Source: the human T2T-CHM13v2.0 reference genome, Homo sapiens
NCBI RefSeq assembly: GCF_009914755.1
Contig: NC_060929.1
DNA: 64,000 nt
Strand: one strand, 5' to 3'
Shown: positions 60,359 to 64,000 of the stretch, piece by piece
Layout of the letters: each line of letters opens with the position of its first letter
Numbering within the stretch: the stretch's first letter is position 1
Position numbers and translations under genes: made by a program
Notes under the pieces: generated by a model
Seen by the model: the letters and a program-made list of their open reading frames with translations, nothing else
What the model was told of the DNA's origin: nothing
Databases searched by the model: none

Positions 60359-61222
60359 AAAAACAAACAACCCCAATCAAAAAGTAGGCTAAAGATATGA
60401 ACAGCCACTTCTCAGAGAAGACATTTATGCGGCCAACAAACGTATGAAAAAAAGCTCATCATCACTGATAGTTAGGGAAATGCAAATCAATACCACAATG
60501 AGATACCATCTCATGCCAGTTAGAATAGCAATCATTAAAAAGCCAGGAAACAACAGATGCTGGAAAGGATGCAGAGAAATAGAAACGCTTTTACACTGTG
60601 GTGGGAGTGTAAATTAGTTCAACCATTGTGGAAGACAGTGTGGCGATTCCTCAAGGATCTAGAACTAGAGATACCATTTGACCCAGCAATCCCATTACTG
60701 GGTATATGCCCAAAGGATTAGAAATCATTCTACCATAAAGACACATGCACACGTATATTTACTGCGGCACTATTTACAATAGCAAAGACTTGGAACCAAC
60801 CCAAATGCTCATCAATGATAGACTGGATTAAGAAAATGTGGCTCATATACTATGCAGCCATAAATACTATGCAGCCATAAATAAAGATGAGTTCATGTAC
60901 CTTTGCAGGGACACGGATGAAACTGGAAACCATCATTCTCAGCAAACTAACACAGGAACAGAAAACCAAACATCATATGTTCTCACTCATAAGCGGGAGT
61001 TGAACAATGAGAACACATGGACACAGGGAGGGGAACATCACACACTGGGGCCTGTTGGGGATTAGAGGCCAACGGGAGGGACAGGATTAGGAGAAATACC
61101 TAATGTAGGTGACAGGTTGATGGGTGCAGCAAACCACCATGGCACGTGTATACCTACGTAACAAACCTGCACATTCTGCACATGTATCCCAGAACTTAAA
61201 GTACATAAAAAAAAAAAAAAAA
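60359..61222 (+). mobile_element. 5'-truncated L1PA7/8-type 3' end with poly-A
   Basis: ORF2 C-terminal sequence, 3' UTR ggttgatgggtgcagcaaaccaccatggcac, poly-A at 61207-61222. Confidence 0.92.
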
Positions 61223-62756
61223 TCCTTCTTCCTCTAAATTTTACACCACCAAATCCATCATGGTCTAAATCCTTTCTTTCCCCAGTGAATCTGAGTTAAT
61301 AGACCAAAGTTTATGTAAGATGAACACTCAAAATACTGATTTCTACGGGACTGCCAGCCATTAGAATAGGTAGCTTTCACTATAATTCACTTAGATACAC
61401 AGTAACAGGATATTAAAGCTGTTAGAAGATGCCATGAAATGAGAAAAGTCCTTACAAATTAAGAAATATTAATAACAAAAAAAGTAGGACAGAAGATCGT
61501 TATTTTTAGTTGAGCAGTAAAGCAGCAGGGTTTTGGCGAGAGGATCTAGACATAAAGCAAACGTGCTAACTCTCTGGGGCTGTGTGGGATTTTCTCAGGT
61601 ACTCTGATTCCAGCTCCACCTTTCTACATACTTCAGAAGGTGGTCTCATCTCTGGGTTAGATTACAGCCTTGCTGACATTTAATTTATCTTTTAAAATAT
61701 AAAATAGAACTGGAAATCTTGAATTTTTCCATACTCCAAAGAGTATTTTTATTTATTTTTTCAAAGGCTTTCTGAAAAATTCACCTATGAATCTGCACTA
61801 AGGGGAGGAGGAAGAGAAGAGAGTTCAAAGCACATATAAACTGAGAGGCAATCCAAGTATCATTATGTCAAAAAGTATGGAACAACCAGACTTCACAGTT
61901 TGTTCCTTAAACATTGTTTCTCATTGTTGTTCGTTGTGCACTGAGGCATCATCTACCCTAACTCTTGTCATCATCACAAACTCATCTCTCTCTCCACACT
62001 TCTTAGTATATTTGGACATAACATAGCACACCTCTACCCTCACTCTTGACTCTAAATTTTAACCTGACCCTTCAGGTCACCTTTCTCTGAAGGAATATTT
62101 CCTTAACAAGAGAACTGGTAACATTTCAGGTTGATATGGTGAAGGTACTTAAACGTGTATGAGCCTTGACACCAACGATCAGATTCTAACATCATGCTTG
62201 ATACCTGATCCATTTATTCACACAGAAGTAAAATTTCAATAGAACACAGATTCAACTTTTAACACTGCCAAACATAGCTGCAGAAAGATGAAATTCCTGA
62301 GTGTATTTGTTCCTAGATACTAACACCTTACCTATGAAAACAGTGCATTCAGTTGTTAACTAGAGCTGTGTGTACACTGAGATATGTTGTTTTTTTCCAT
62401 TTGGTAGAAATTTGAAAAATTCAAACTGTGGGGTTGGATTCCAAACACATTGGGTCCTCTCTATACTTTAGTTCCAAGATATTTCATATTGCTGAAAAGT
62501 TCAATTTTGAAATTTTCCAGACTCACCCAAAATAAGAATTGTGCAGGTAATCAATTGTTAGCAACAAAGTAAGGGCTGGTATAACTGCAGGCATGATGGT
62601 GACCAATTTTTAGAGAAAAAAATAATTTCTTCATTGCCCCAAGTATTTCCCAACTAACTTTCATCATGGGCATATGCTTTTTCCATCTCCTGGGTCTGAG
62701 ATCCCCAGTTGTAATTACTTCTTTGAGTTGGGTCTTAAAGAAGTCACTAAAAAGAC

Positions 62757-62935
62757 ATAGCATAGAATTTTAGAAATGGCAGATATGCTAGAGAGTATCT
62801 AGCCCATTATTTATTTTGACAGACACAGAAGCTGAAGTCCAGAGAGGCCATGTGACCTGTGCAAGGTCACCCAGAGAAGCAGCAGTGTCATCCTTACACC
62901 CTGATATAGAGTTTCTGAGTTCCAGTATTCTTGAT
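62757..62935 (-). mobile_element. MIR3/MIRc SINE
   Basis: catagaattttaga...tctagccca...ttttgacaga...gaagctgaagtccagagagg...gtgacctg..caaggtcac.cag. Confidence 0.75.
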
Positions 62936-63008
62936 GTATGTGCAAGGGCCAAACAGAGCTTCTGGCACAAAGGGGCCTCAACACAGATTGCTCACATCAC
63001 TATATGTT

Positions 63009-63200
63009 AGTGGTTCTCAAGTGTGTTTCACCCTTCCAAACAGAAGGATCAGCATCACCTGGAAACTTGTTACAAATGGGAATTATCTGGCTCCACCCAG
63101 ACCTAGTAAATCAGAAATTCTAAGGGTGGAGCCCAACAATCTAAGTTTTAATAAGCTTTCCAGATGATGTTCATGCACACTGAATTTGGAGAGTCATTGC
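63009..63200 (+). mobile_element. MER5A (hAT-Charlie MITE)
   Basis: agtggttctcaagtgtg...atcagcatcacctgg.aacttgtta.aaatg...cccagaccta.t.aatcagaaa.tct. Confidence 0.85.
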
Positions 63201-63317
63201 TCCAAGTGAGGCTTTTCATCCCCTTCCCTATGTCAGGGTGCTTTATCCCTATTCTCACCAGAAGCCTGACACAGTAAAGAATTTACTTTTACTGAAACTT
63301 CGTATGAAATGTGTTAA

Positions 63318-63477
63318 TATCTCTCAAACTTTAATATGAATAATAATTATTTGGGAGTCTGTTAAAAAGCAGATTTGGATTCAGTAGGTCTGGGTAGGAC
63401 CCGAGATTCTGCATTTCTAACACACTCAGGTGTGACGTTAATATTACTGGCAAGGACCATACTTAGAGCAGCAAGGT
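63318..63477 (-). mobile_element. MER5A1-like MITE, opposite orientation to the neighbouring MER5A
   Basis: gattcagtaggtctggg...gagattctgcatttctaaca...ggaccatactt.gag.agcaagg. Confidence 0.8.
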
Positions 63478-64000
63478 GGTATAGTTCATTAGCCTCAACT
63501 CATATCAAAATTTGGGGCCAAGTATCTTGGATTGAGGATGAGTGAATACTGTTATCCCACCATTTATGTGCTCTTTCATTGTGTCAGTATCACTGACGTC
63601 CCAGAGTCCTCCATAAAGAAACCTTTATCTTGAACACGTTAGTAGTTATGAGGTAGCTGTCTAGTCACAGTTGTTGTGCTTTTAGAACAAGGAATAGGAC
63701 TGAGGAGGACCTGGGGGAGTTTAGGGCTTCAGTCAAAGCAGCAGCCTGAAAGAACAATGTTCTCAGGAGTCTCTGAGTCCCTGCGAGAGAGTTCGGGAGA
63801 AGAGACATGGTGCCAAAAAAGGAAAGTTGGGAGGCACCTATAACAAGCACAACTGACTTCACCATTTTGCCAAGGGCCAGCTCAGGGCAGTGGTGACAAA
63901 GAATGTCATTTAACTCTACATAATTTTATTTGAGGCAGGGACAAAACCGAGCATGACAGAATGCCTTCATCCAGGCTGTTTCAATTTTTATCTTAAAACC

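Overview
Primate (human-like hominoid) nuclear DNA that is AT-rich, dense in repeats and apparently intergenic or deep-intronic. I recognise no host protein-coding exon, RNA gene, CpG island or CRISPR array; every long ORF in the track derives from LINE-1 or Alu. The main elements are: a full-length, inactivated L1PA3-type LINE-1 (49723-55759) that keeps its antisense ORF0 open and lacks the ZNF93-binding segment; two L1 insertions with twin-priming 5' inversions (19432-20951, 38134-38688); a complete MER11 (HERV-K HML-8) solo LTR with a 6-bp TSD; a deeply nested transposon cluster at 15-27.5 kb; six Alus; and many MIR, L2, MLT1 and MER fossils. The most unusual observation is that two directly oriented L1 segments 34,537 bp apart share clusters of non-consensus substitutions even though their 3' UTRs look like different subfamilies. 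This points to patchy ectopic gene conversion and an NAHR substrate. Weaker hypotheses include a minus-strand transcript from the L1 antisense promoter, an exonised MIR and several motif-dense candidate enhancers. I see no evidence of a new protein-based system. Subfamily names come from recalled consensus sequences, not from a RepeatMasker run.
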